Part shown: piece after piece, positions 36,422 through 45,243 of the stretch
Layout: each line of letters starts with the position of its first letter
Numbering within the stretch: position 1 is the first letter of the stretch
Assembly: GCA_022779465.1 (NCBI GenBank)
Contig: JALFTB010000036.1
Location: forward strand, 447-64,446
Direction of reading: 5' to 3'
DNA from: a bacterium
Lineage (GTDB): Bacteria; Bacillota_I; Bacilli_A; RF39; UBA660
Length of the DNA stretch: 64,000 nt
Position numbers and translations under genes: made by a program
Notes under the pieces: generated by a model
Told to the model about the DNA's origin: nothing
The model's input: only the letters and a program-made list of their open reading frames with translations
Databases searched by the model: none

Positions 36422-36940
36422 TTAGAAAAATAAATATATTAAGATAAATGAGGCAATTATACCAAATAAATCAGCAAATAATCCAGCTGGAAGTGCATAT
36501 CTACTTTTGGTTATTCCTACACTTCCAAAGTATAGAGCAATTACATAAAGGGTTGTATCTGATGATCCTTGAATGGTACTAGCTAAAAGTCCCATTATAG
36601 AGTCTGGTCCATATTTATTAAAAATATTAACCATTAAGGCTAGAGTACTATTTCCAGAAACACTTCTTAGAAAACACATTGGGATTATGTCACTTGTTAA
36701 GTCAAATTTTGTTAAATATGGGGTTAAAAATGAGAATATATCACTTATGATATTACTTTTAACTAGAATATTAACTGCAAAAATCATAGCTACTAAATTA
36801 GGAATTATTTTAAAAGTAGTTATTATACCTTCTTTAACACCAATTAGAAATTCATCATAGATATTTATTTTGTGTTTAAAACCATAGATTATTATAGTTA
36901 AAACTATGATTGGTAAAATAATAAAACTACTTGTTTCCAT
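36422..36940 (-). CDS. spmB: Spore maturation protein B
   Basis: 172-aa nucleoside-recognition (Gate) membrane protein, downstream of spmA and dacB. Confidence 0.8.
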   Translation of the reverse strand: METSSFIILPIIVLTIIIYGFKHKINIYDEFLIGVKEGIITTFKIIPNLVAMIFAVNILVKSNIISDIFSFLTPYLTKFDLTSDIIPMCFLRSVSGNSTLALMVNIFNKYGPDSIMGLLASTIQGSSDTTLYVIALYFGSVGITKSRYALPAGLFADLFGIIASFILIYLFF

Positions 36941-37511
36941 TTTTGCTCCTTATAAAGTAATCAAGTGTTAAACCAGCGATTGTTGAGACTGTTGTGGCAA
37001 GGATACAGGTTGGTAAAACTGATGTGGGATTTAAACTTCCAGCAGCATGTCTTAAGGCAATGATTGTAGTAGGAACAATGGTAACACCAGCAGTATTTAA
37101 GACTAAAAAAGTTATCATAGGAGTAGATGCTCTTTTTTTGTCATCATTTAATTCTTGTAACTTTTCCATAGCTTTTAGACCAAATGGTGTCGCAGCACTT
37201 CCAAGACCTGCCATGTTGACAGCTATGTTACTAGCAATGTAGCCAATAGATTCATGATTTTTAGGAATAGTTGGAAATAATTTTGATAATAATGGTGTCA
37301 TTAATTTGGCAATTTTTTGAATTAAACCACTCTTTTCAGCGATTTGCATAAGTCCCATCCAGATAATTAATAATGGTAATAAACTTAAAATAAGATTTAT
37401 AGAATCTGTGCCTGCATTAATAATTTCAGTATTTATTTCATGAATATTACCAGTTATAAAACTATAAGTAATACCGATAATAATAAATATTCCCCAAATA
37501 TGATCTACCAT
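36927..37511 (-). CDS. spmA: Spore maturation protein A
   Basis: 194-aa Gate-domain membrane protein; overlaps both neighbours. Confidence 0.8.
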   Translation of the reverse strand: MVDHIWGIFIIIGITYSFITGNIHEINTEIINAGTDSINLILSLLPLLIIWMGLMQIAEKSGLIQKIAKLMTPLLSKLFPTIPKNHESIGYIASNIAVNMAGLGSAATPFGLKAMEKLQELNDDKKRASTPMITFLVLNTAGVTIVPTTIIALRHAAGSLNPTSVLPTCILATTVSTIAGLTLDYFIRSKNGNK

Positions 37512-38557
37512 AAATTTAAAATCTTTCTTTTTAGTTTTTGGAAAAATGTTTCTTTTGGTTTAACATTTTCTTTTTTGATAATATTGGTTTTAAAATATTC
37601 CTTCTTATTTAATGTAACTGTTAAGTTACCAATAATATTTGTTACATTAGTGTCGTAATAATTAATGTTTACTTTAATATTTTTTCTTTCTTCTTTAGTT
37701 AAAGACATATTAAATGATTCTTCTATGTAGGTATTATCTATGTTAGTTTTGATTTTGCCTTTTTTAACTATTTTATAGTTTTTAAGTTTTTTAAAATATT
37801 TTTCGTATAATTCTTTATGATCATTAAAGTCATTACCATCATTAAAGGTTACGACTGTTAGATTTACTTTGTTTTTTGATGCATTTGTAACTAAGGTTCT
37901 TCGGGCTTTTTCAGTAAAACCAGTTTTTCCTCCATTACAATATTTATATTCTTTTAATAATCTATTTTTATTATGCCATAAATAGGTCTTTATATCGCTT
38001 TTAACGGTTATTTCTTTTGTTCCGGTTATTTCCTTATAAACGTTATTTTTGATTGCGTATGAGGATAATAATGCCATATCATAGGTTGTTGAGATGTTTG
38101 CTTTATCTTTTTCTTCTAATCCATGACTATTAATAAAACTTGAATCATTCATATTAAGAAAATTAGCGGTTTCATTCATAAGTTTACTAAAGCCTTCCAT
38201 AGATCCAGCAGTTAAAACAGCAAGAGCAATAGCAGCATCATTACCACTTCTAAGCATAAGACCATATAGTAATTCTTTTGTTGTTAATTTTTCTTTTACC
38301 GATATATAAATACCGCTGCCATAGCTTTTTAAAATTTCTTCTGGCATTTCTTTTTTGACGTTTAAATTTTCAGTATTATTAATAACTACCATAGCAGTCA
38401 TTATTTTAGTAATTGATGCGATTAAAGATTTTTTATGAATATTTGATCCTTCTAAAACTCTGGTAGTATCTGTATCCATTACTATATAACTACTAGCAGA
38501 TATCGCTTTAACATTAATTGGAATTAATATAATTAATAAAATAATAATCTTTTTCAT
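37505..38557 (-). CDS. dacB: D-alanyl-D-alanine carboxypeptidase (sporulation PBP5*-like)
   Basis: Signal peptide, SITKIM (SxxK), SGN and KTG motifs. The dacB-spmA-spmB order matches B. subtilis. Confidence 0.85.
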   Translation of the reverse strand: MKKIIILLIILIPINVKAISASSYIVMDTDTTRVLEGSNIHKKSLIASITKIMTAMVVINNTENLNVKKEMPEEILKSYGSGIYISVKEKLTTKELLYGLMLRSGNDAAIALAVLTAGSMEGFSKLMNETANFLNMNDSSFINSHGLEEKDKANISTTYDMALLSSYAIKNNVYKEITGTKEITVKSDIKTYLWHNKNRLLKEYKYCNGGKTGFTEKARRTLVTNASKNKVNLTVVTFNDGNDFNDHKELYEKYFKKLKNYKIVKKGKIKTNIDNTYIEESFNMSLTKEERKNIKVNINYYDTNVTNIIGNLTVTLNKKEYFKTNIIKKENVKPKETFFQKLKRKILNLW

Positions 38558-38562
38558 ACTTA

Positions 38563-38570
38563 ATTGTATG
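38563..38570 (-). promoter_or_regulatory. SigE-type -10 element (CATACAAT) 5 nt before the dacB ATG
   Basis: Exact match to the SigE -10 consensus CATACA-T. There is no SD between it and ATG 38557. Confidence 0.35.
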
Positions 38571-38596
38571 AAAAAAGTAGACTCTTAATGTCTACT
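38571..38596 (-). terminator. Terminator of the 114-aa ORF
   Basis: AGTAGAC / GTCTACT 7-bp stem followed by a T-run. Confidence 0.55.
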
Positions 38597-38616
38597 AATA
38601 GATTGATATATATGGA

Positions 38617-38961
38617 TTAATTGGATAGCATCTTACCAATGTTAAATAAAGCAAAAGATATTTCTTCAAGATGAAATTCATCGTCTAGATCTGCTAAACA
38701 TAGTTCTAATTCTGAAATAATAGATTCAATTTTTTTATAATCTTTGATTATTAAATCAATTTGTTCTTTTTTAAGATAGTCTTGCCATGATTTAATAATT
38801 TTGTAAACATAATTTAAATATTTGATTATTTCATTTTTAGATAATTCTAAGTATACTTTTTCTTCTAAGGATGTTGCTTTTTTAAGATCTTTTTCAACAA
38901 CCGATAATATATATTTTAGATTATCTTGAATATTTTTATTTAAATCTTCTTTTATTTCCAT
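38617..38961 (-). CDS. Hypothetical helical protein (114 aa)
   Basis: ORF with its own terminator. No motif recognised. Confidence 0.5.
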   Translation of the reverse strand: MEIKEDLNKNIQDNLKYILSVVEKDLKKATSLEEKVYLELSKNEIIKYLNYVYKIIKSWQDYLKKEQIDLIIKDYKKIESIISELELCLADLDDEFHLEEISFALFNIGKMLSN

Positions 38962-39011
38962 ATATTTCCTTTCTTAATTTAAATTATATATATTAAAAAA
39001 AATAAATCAAT

Positions 39012-39037
39012 TAAAAAGCAGACTTTTTTGTCTACTT
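39012..39037 (-). terminator. Terminator after the prepilin peptidase gene
   Basis: AGTAGAC-AAAAAA-GTCTGCT followed by TTTTT. The stop codon lies inside the stem. Confidence 0.5.
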
Positions 39038-39790
39038 TAAATGTAAAAGTGTTATTAGAAATTCATAGAAGAAATCATAGTTTAAATATATTATTAATAA
39101 GCTAGTAGCAAGAAATGGACCAAATGGTAACATTGTATCTTTATTTTTAATACTTATATATATTGCATAAGGGAACGCTAAGAATGAGGCTAATATTATA
39201 TAGAATAATCCTAGGAGTGGGCCTAAGGATAAACCGGAGATAAATGATAACTTTATATCTCCTCCACCTAAAGATTCTTTTTTAAATAAGGCATTTCCAA
39301 GTAACATGGTTAAATACATTACACCAAATACTATAAGACCATAAATTATGCTTATAAAGCAATCTTTATAACCGTTATATATAAATTTTATTATTAATAT
39401 TAAGATAGTACTTACAATTAAAGGACTATCAGATATTATCATGTATTTTGAGTCACTTACAAATATTATTACTACTAAGCTTGATATTACCAAACTAATA
39501 AAGAATTCTTCAGATAGTCCAAATATTTTATAACTTATGTAAAATAAGAAACTTGTTAAGATTTCAATAATTGGATATATAATTGATATTTTTTGTTTAC
39601 AGTTTTTACATTTTCCACCTAAAAATATATATGATAGGACTGGAATGTTTTCATACCATGATAGTTTATGGTTACATTTAGGACAATGACTTCCTGGTTT
39701 TATTATCGATTCGCCATTAGGTATTCTTAATCCGACGACATTATAAAATGATCCAAGAACTAATCCCAATATTATAATTATTATTTCCAT
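39032..39790 (-). CDS. pilD: Prepilin peptidase (A24 family, PilD/ComC-like)
   Basis: CPKCNHKLSWYENIPVLSYIFLGGKCKNCKQKISIIYPIIE Zn-finger region and GGGDIKL catalytic Asp motif. Confidence 0.88.
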   Translation of the reverse strand: MEIIIIILGLVLGSFYNVVGLRIPNGESIIKPGSHCPKCNHKLSWYENIPVLSYIFLGGKCKNCKQKISIIYPIIEILTSFLFYISYKIFGLSEEFFISLVISSLVVIIFVSDSKYMIISDSPLIVSTILILIIKFIYNGYKDCFISIIYGLIVFGVMYLTMLLGNALFKKESLGGGDIKLSFISGLSLGPLLGLFYIILASFLAFPYAIYISIKNKDTMLPFGPFLATSLLIIYLNYDFFYEFLITLLHLK

Positions 39791-39798
39791 GAGTGCAC

Positions 39799-41535
39799 CT
39801 ACTGAATTTGTGCTAGTAATCCAAACATTGGTAGAATTACTGCCATTACAATACCACCTACAACAACTGCTAAGAAGATAATCATTGCAGGTTCAATAAA
39901 GGCTTTCATGTTATTAATTAATGTTTTATGTTCAACTTGATAATATTCAGCTACTTTACTCATCATTTGAGCAAGTTCTCCTGTTGATTCACCGGTTACA
40001 ATCATATAGTAAGCTACTTCTGGTACGGCCCAATGATTATAAAAGGCAGTACTGATTTTGTCACCTTTAGCGATATAGTAAACTGTTCTATACATTATTT
40101 TCTTGTAAATTTCATTATTGGTTACTTCGGAAAGTAAGTTCATACTATCAGTAATAAATACGTTGTTCTTTAAAAGCGATGAAAAGGTTTTTGCAAAAAC
40201 ACTCATTTCTTTATATATGATTATTTTTCCAAATAGTGGTAATTTCATAGCAAAGGTTTGTAATTGTATTTTAACTTCTTTAACATTATGATATAAGAAT
40301 ATTAGTATTAATACTATTGCTACAATAATTATAAGTATTTTTATAATATTTTTTTCTAAAAATGTACTGGCACTAATAATAAATAATGTAAATGGATTTA
40401 ATTCAGCTCCAGCTGATTCATAAATTCCACTAAATTGAGGAATTACGTATAACATAATAAAGGTTACTACTGCAACTGAAAATAAACTTACGATGACTGG
40501 ATATGTCATGGCATTTATCATTGCTTTTCTGGTATTTTCAATGTCAGTGTAGTATTCAGCCATATCATCTAGTGTAGCTTCTAATTCGCCAGTTGCTTCG
40601 GCAGTTTTAATCATACTTATTAATAATGCTGGGAATGATGAACCTTGTTTTGATAAGGCGCTACTAAATGATTCTCCTAGAGTTAAGTTATAAATGATAG
40701 CGTCAAATAATCTTTTCTTTTTAGGGCTACTACTCATTTGTTTACCAAGGATGCGCATGGCTTCAGTTAAAGGAATTCCTGACTTTAAATATGTTGATAA
40801 CTGGGTTAGCCAAAAGATAATATCTTTATTTTTTAATTTAACATTTCCGACAATTTTAGGATTATAGATGAAATTTATAAAATCTGAGGTTTTAATAGAT
40901 AAAACTTTATATCCTTCATTTTGTAAAAATGAATAAACTTCCATTTTAGAGAAAGCAATAAAAATATTACTTACTTTTTTACCAGCAGGATCTTTAGCTA
41001 CATATTTAAAAACTACTGGTTTTTCACTTCTTAAATTATCTTTTTGAAGACTTTCAAACAATGCATTTATTTGTTGTTCTTCTTTTTCTTTTTGTTTTTT
41101 TACAAAATAAAATTCTTCATATTTCTTTTTAAAATATTCTTTAAGATCAAGAGGTGTCTTTTCTTCTTTTGGTTGGTTTTCTGAAGTTTTTTCTTCAGTT
41201 GGAGAGTCTGATGTATCAAGTTTTATTTCTTCTAGAGGAGCTATTTCTTTTATATCGATATTTTTTGATTTAGTTTTACTATATAGTTTGAATATTAAAT
41301 CCCCTATTTTAGTAAACATGAATATAAATGGATAAAGAATACCATACAAAGTATAGTAACAGCCTAGACTAACATATTCTAAAAAGATAAATAATGGACT
41401 TAATACTGTAACTATACCAATTATTTCCCAATTTAAGATTTTAATAAAAAAGTCAACGACATAAAAGATACCTAAGAAAGGTAATTTCAATATATAAAGA
41501 AATGTATTCTTTTTTTCTTTCTTTTCTTTAGCCAC
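39799..41535 (-). CDS. Type II secretion / type IV pilus platform protein (GspF/PilC/ComGB family) with ~175-aa N-terminal membrane extension
   Basis: Two T2SSF repeats starting at VVFKYVAKDPAGKK. These are preceded by about 3 TM helices and a K/E-rich linker. GTG start behind SD AGAGGG and a TGTTATAAT promoter. Confidence 0.8.
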   Translation of the reverse strand: MAKEKKEKKNTFLYILKLPFLGIFYVVDFFIKILNWEIIGIVTVLSPLFIFLEYVSLGCYYTLYGILYPFIFMFTKIGDLIFKLYSKTKSKNIDIKEIAPLEEIKLDTSDSPTEEKTSENQPKEEKTPLDLKEYFKKKYEEFYFVKKQKEKEEQQINALFESLQKDNLRSEKPVVFKYVAKDPAGKKVSNIFIAFSKMEVYSFLQNEGYKVLSIKTSDFINFIYNPKIVGNVKLKNKDIIFWLTQLSTYLKSGIPLTEAMRILGKQMSSSPKKKRLFDAIIYNLTLGESFSSALSKQGSSFPALLISMIKTAEATGELEATLDDMAEYYTDIENTRKAMINAMTYPVIVSLFSVAVVTFIMLYVIPQFSGIYESAGAELNPFTLFIISASTFLEKNIIKILIIIVAIVLILIFLYHNVKEVKIQLQTFAMKLPLFGKIIIYKEMSVFAKTFSSLLKNNVFITDSMNLLSEVTNNEIYKKIMYRTVYYIAKGDKISTAFYNHWAVPEVAYYMIVTGESTGELAQMMSKVAEYYQVEHKTLINNMKAFIEPAMIIFLAVVVGGIVMAVILPMFGLLAQIQ

Positions 41536-41632
41536 TTAAATGCCCTCTATTCTCTTATACATTATAACATAAAAAAAATCGATGTAAAATATTTTTATAT
41601 AATATCATATAATATTTTGAAAGTAGGTTTCT

Positions 41633-41869
41633 ATGAATAATTATGGTGCATTTACTAGGCTATTGTTTGGCCTTAATAAAACTTTAAGAATAGCTGGGCA
41701 AGTTATTCCTATTTATAGAGATAGTAAACCTTTAGTTAAAAATGTTTATAATTTTGTTAAGAAAAAAAATAATAAAGTTATAAGTAATAATACTTCTAAG
41801 GAAATAAGTAAACCGGAAGAAAAGAAAAAGATTATTGTATCTAACAATAATCCGACATTTTTTATTTAA
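41633..41869 (+). CDS. Small basic protein, VrrA/YqfQ-like
   Basis: LNKTLRIAGQVIPIYRDSKPLVKNVYNFVKK and the C-terminal ...NNPTFFI resemble B. subtilis YqfQ (..MAQQVTPMVQQYGPLVRNLP.. / ..PRLYI). Confidence 0.4.
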   Translation: MNNYGAFTRLLFGLNKTLRIAGQVIPIYRDSKPLVKNVYNFVKKKNNKVISNNTSKEISKPEEKKKIIVSNNNPTFFI

Positions 41870-43214
41870 GATATTTATTTATAACAGCAGTAAATTCTTT
41901 TTGTCTTTGGTTTAATTTTTCTTTAGTTGATGCTTCATATCTCATAGTTATGAATGGTCCGGTATTACTTTTTCTGATAAGAGCAAAACCATCGTCATAA
42001 TCTACTCTGACACCATCATCTAAATTACATTTATAATTTCTACTTAAGGCATAGTCGATAACTTTATTAACTACTTCTACTTTAATGTCGTCATCTACTT
42101 CTAATCTAATCTCAGGAGTACTTTCATATTTTTCCATACCTTCAGTAAGAGTACTTGCTGGTATTTTTGTTTTGTGAAGAATTCTTGCTAATCTAAGACC
42201 AGCATATATTCCATCGTCATAGCCAAAATATTCATCTTTAAAGAAAACATGTCCAGAATATTCTCCACCAATAAGTGCAGGAATATCATGCATTCTTCCT
42301 TCAATGTATGCGGATCCATTTTTGACCATTATTGGATTACCACCGATTTTATCAATTTCATGAGGAATAGCAACTGAACATTTTACATCGACGATAACAT
42401 TTTTATTTTCGACATAAGGAATAACTTCATTGGCATATATAGCAATTAAATAATCGGTAAATATAGTGTTACCTTTTTCATCTACTATTCCTACTCTGTC
42501 ACAGTCTCCATCAACTGCGATACCTAAATCAGCTTTTTTTAGTTTTACTAAATCTTTAAGCCATTTTAAATTTTCTTCAACATTTGGATCAGGATTATGG
42601 ACAGGGAATGAGCCATCACTTTCACAATTTAAATATGTTACATTTAAAAATAATTTTGATAATATTTCTTTGATAACAATACTTGCGGTTCCATTACCAC
42701 AGTCTACTACAACACTTACATCATTCATTTGTGGAAATTTAGATAGCATCATATTTATGTAATCTTTTTTGATAGTTATTTCTGTTAATTTTCCTTCTCC
42801 ATCTATTTTTTTATCAGATTTAAATATTTTGTATAATTTTTTTAATTCATCTTGAGCTAAGTGTAAAAAGTTTTCACCAAATATTTTAAATCCGTTATCT
42901 GAAGCACGATTATGACTTGCAGTTATCATAATTCCATAGGGAATATCATTTTGCATACTAGCATAATTAAACATTGGGGTTGTAACTAAACCTACATCAT
43001 AAACATCTATTCCACTACTTAAAATTGTATTAATTAAAGTTTTTGATAGTTCTTCACTACTTAATCTATTATCATGACCAATAATGCATTTAGATATATT
43101 ATTTTCTTTTAGATAATAACTCCAAGACTCGCCAAGTCTTTTAGCTACTTCTTTATTTATTTGTTTGGGGTAATTCCCTCTTATATCATTTTCTCTTAAT
43201 ATATTGTAATCCAT
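41862..43214 (-). CDS. Phosphomannomutase/phosphoglucomutase (AlgC/ManB-type alpha-D-phosphohexomutase)
   Basis: TASHNRASDNGFKIF active-site Ser loop, DGDCDR Mg site, GGEYSGHVFFKDEYFGYDDGIYAGLRL. ATG 43214 behind SD AGAGGTG. Confidence 0.85.
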   Translation of the reverse strand: MDYNILRENDIRGNYPKQINKEVAKRLGESWSYYLKENNISKCIIGHDNRLSSEELSKTLINTILSSGIDVYDVGLVTTPMFNYASMQNDIPYGIMITASHNRASDNGFKIFGENFLHLAQDELKKLYKIFKSDKKIDGEGKLTEITIKKDYINMMLSKFPQMNDVSVVVDCGNGTASIVIKEILSKLFLNVTYLNCESDGSFPVHNPDPNVEENLKWLKDLVKLKKADLGIAVDGDCDRVGIVDEKGNTIFTDYLIAIYANEVIPYVENKNVIVDVKCSVAIPHEIDKIGGNPIMVKNGSAYIEGRMHDIPALIGGEYSGHVFFKDEYFGYDDGIYAGLRLARILHKTKIPASTLTEGMEKYESTPEIRLEVDDDIKVEVVNKVIDYALSRNYKCNLDDGVRVDYDDGFALIRKSNTGPFITMRYEASTKEKLNQRQKEFTAVINKYLK

Positions 43215-43224
43215 AAACACCTCT

Positions 43225-44739
43225 TTATTCTTCATAGAATAAGTCTTTTGATTCTTCCATTCCTTTTGGTAAGGCGATATCCATATACTTTAGTAAAGTT
43301 GGAGCTACATTTGTTAAGTCGCCTTCTTTTTTAATTTTAATATTTTCATCAGTTATAATAAATGGTACTTTTGATAAACTATGAGTGGTAATCTTCTCAT
43401 TATCTGGTGTTAACATTTCATCACAGTTACCGTGGTCTGATAATATAAATACTTTATAGAAGTTATCTTCAGCGGCAGTTATAACTGTTTTTAATAATTC
43501 GTCTAATCCTTTAAGTGATTCGATAGTAGCATCTAGATTACCTGTATGTCCTAGCATATCAGGATTAGCATAATTTACTAAGATAAAGTTATAATCTTTT
43601 TCTAGAGCTGATACAACTTTATTTGTTACTTCTTTGGCACTCATTAATGGAGTTTGATCATATGTAGCAACTTTAGGACTGTTTACCAAGTAGTTATCGC
43701 AACCCGGAAATTTTTTTGCTAATTCAGAATTAAAGAAGTATGTTACATGTGAATATTTTTCTGTTTCAGCAATTCTAGCTTGGGTTAAACCTAAATCAGA
43801 AAAATATTTACCAATTGGATATAAATCTTGTTTATCTATTTCATAAAGTGATGTTACATTTTGAACATCATCTTGTTTAAACATATTCCATACTTTGAAA
43901 TTTACTTTAGGAACAATATTAAATTCTTTGAATTCTGGATCACTTAAAGCATTTAAAATTTGTCTAGCACGATCTGGTCTAAAGTTTAGCCATAATAGAG
44001 CATCATGATCTTCGATTTTAGTATTTTCTGTTAAAAGCATTGGAGGTAAGAATTCATCTGTTATACCTTTTTTGTAACAATTACTTATAGCAGTATTGAT
44101 ATTTAAAACTTTAAAACCACTTCCACGCATAACTAAATCATAATATTTTTGAGTACGATCCCATTTATTATCACGATCCATTGCATAGTATCTACCGCAG
44201 ACAGTGCCAATTTCACCTATTTGATTTTCTTCTAAAAGATTTGACATTTCATTTAGGAATTTAATACTTGATTTGGAATATGTATCTCTTCCATCAGTAA
44301 TAGCATGAAAAACAATTCTTTCGATGCCTTGCTCTTTAAATATTGGGATTAAACCTTTCATATAATTGATATTGGAATGAACTCCACCATCAGATAGCAA
44401 ACCCATTAAGTGAAGTGTTCCATGATTATTTTTAACGTGTTCAATTAAAGATTGAAATTGTTCATTTTTTAAAATTCTTTTATGTTCGACTTCCTCGCTT
44501 ATAATAGTTATTTTTTGGTTTATCTTTTTACCTAAACCAATAACTTGGTGGCATACTTCACTATTACCAAATTGACCATGAGGTAGTCCAACTGCTTCTT
44601 CTGATGCTTCTAATAAAGCATGTGGATATTTATTCCATAAGCTATTGAAAAACTCCATGTTAGCAAGTTTAACAGCATTACCATGTTCATTTTCTCTAAT
44701 ACCAAATCCATCTAAAATTATCATTAATATTTTTTTCAT
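43225..44739 (-). CDS. gpmI: 2,3-bisphosphoglycerate-independent phosphoglycerate mutase
   Basis: 504 aa; MKKILMIILDGFG..., full-length iPGM pattern. Confidence 0.93.
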   Translation of the reverse strand: MKKILMIILDGFGIRENEHGNAVKLANMEFFNSLWNKYPHALLEASEEAVGLPHGQFGNSEVCHQVIGLGKKINQKITIISEEVEHKRILKNEQFQSLIEHVKNNHGTLHLMGLLSDGGVHSNINYMKGLIPIFKEQGIERIVFHAITDGRDTYSKSSIKFLNEMSNLLEENQIGEIGTVCGRYYAMDRDNKWDRTQKYYDLVMRGSGFKVLNINTAISNCYKKGITDEFLPPMLLTENTKIEDHDALLWLNFRPDRARQILNALSDPEFKEFNIVPKVNFKVWNMFKQDDVQNVTSLYEIDKQDLYPIGKYFSDLGLTQARIAETEKYSHVTYFFNSELAKKFPGCDNYLVNSPKVATYDQTPLMSAKEVTNKVVSALEKDYNFILVNYANPDMLGHTGNLDATIESLKGLDELLKTVITAAEDNFYKVFILSDHGNCDEMLTPDNEKITTHSLSKVPFIITDENIKIKKEGDLTNVAPTLLKYMDIALPKGMEESKDLFYEE

Positions 44740-44751
44740 TTTATTCTCCTT

Positions 44752-45183
44752 TTATCCTTTACAGTTATCCATCTCTGCTTGATTATTTTTATCTATAAAT
44801 TCTGTTTTTACTTCAAACTTATTTACATCATATGTAACTTTTATGCAGCCATACAATTTATCATTGGTTATGGGATTTAAAAACATTTTATTTCCTTGTG
44901 AGTCAGTTTCACTAGCGGCAAAGATATTATTTGCTATTATATAATCTAAAGAATAATATAATTCATTAGTGCCAGTTTGACCTAATGGTTTTAATTTATC
45001 TAAAAGATTAGTATTAGCATATTCAAGCATAGCGTTACTTATCATGCTTTTTTTATTTTTTAAATTACTATTTTTTATTTGCCCTTCTATTTGAGTATAT
45101 GCGGGTATTACTAAAATTAATATTATAGATAATAAAACGACAACTGAGATTAATTCTACTAAGGTAAATCCTTTTTTATTCAT
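44752..45183 (-). CDS. Type IV pilin / pseudopilin with prepilin N-terminal motif
   Basis: MNKKG|FTLVELISVVVLLSIILILVIP, with canonical G-1, F+1 and E+5. ATG 45183 behind SD GGTGGAG. Confidence 0.85.
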   Translation of the reverse strand: MNKKGFTLVELISVVVLLSIILILVIPAYTQIEGQIKNSNLKNKKSMISNAMLEYANTNLLDKLKPLGQTGTNELYYSLDYIIANNIFAASETDSQGNKMFLNPITNDKLYGCIKVTYDVNKFEVKTEFIDKNNQAEMDNCKG

Positions 45184-45217
45184 TTTCTCCACCCTATTAT
45201 AATACTATCACAAAGTG

Positions 45218-45243
45218 AAAAAAAAAGGTAGTTTTAACTACCC
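45218..45243 (-). terminator. Terminator after cdaR
   Basis: GGTAG..CTACC hairpin followed on the minus strand by T9. The cdaR stop codon lies inside it. Confidence 0.55.

Noticed and set aside
41862-43214. Calling the phosphohexomutase downstream of cdaA-cdaR 'glmM' on the basis of conserved operon position.
   Set aside because: Its N-terminus (..ENDIRGNYP..), active-site loop (TASHNRASDNGFK) and GEYSGHVFFKDEYFGYDDGIY match the AlgC/ManB PMM/PGM pattern rather than GlmM. A terminator and two other genes also separate it from cdaR.
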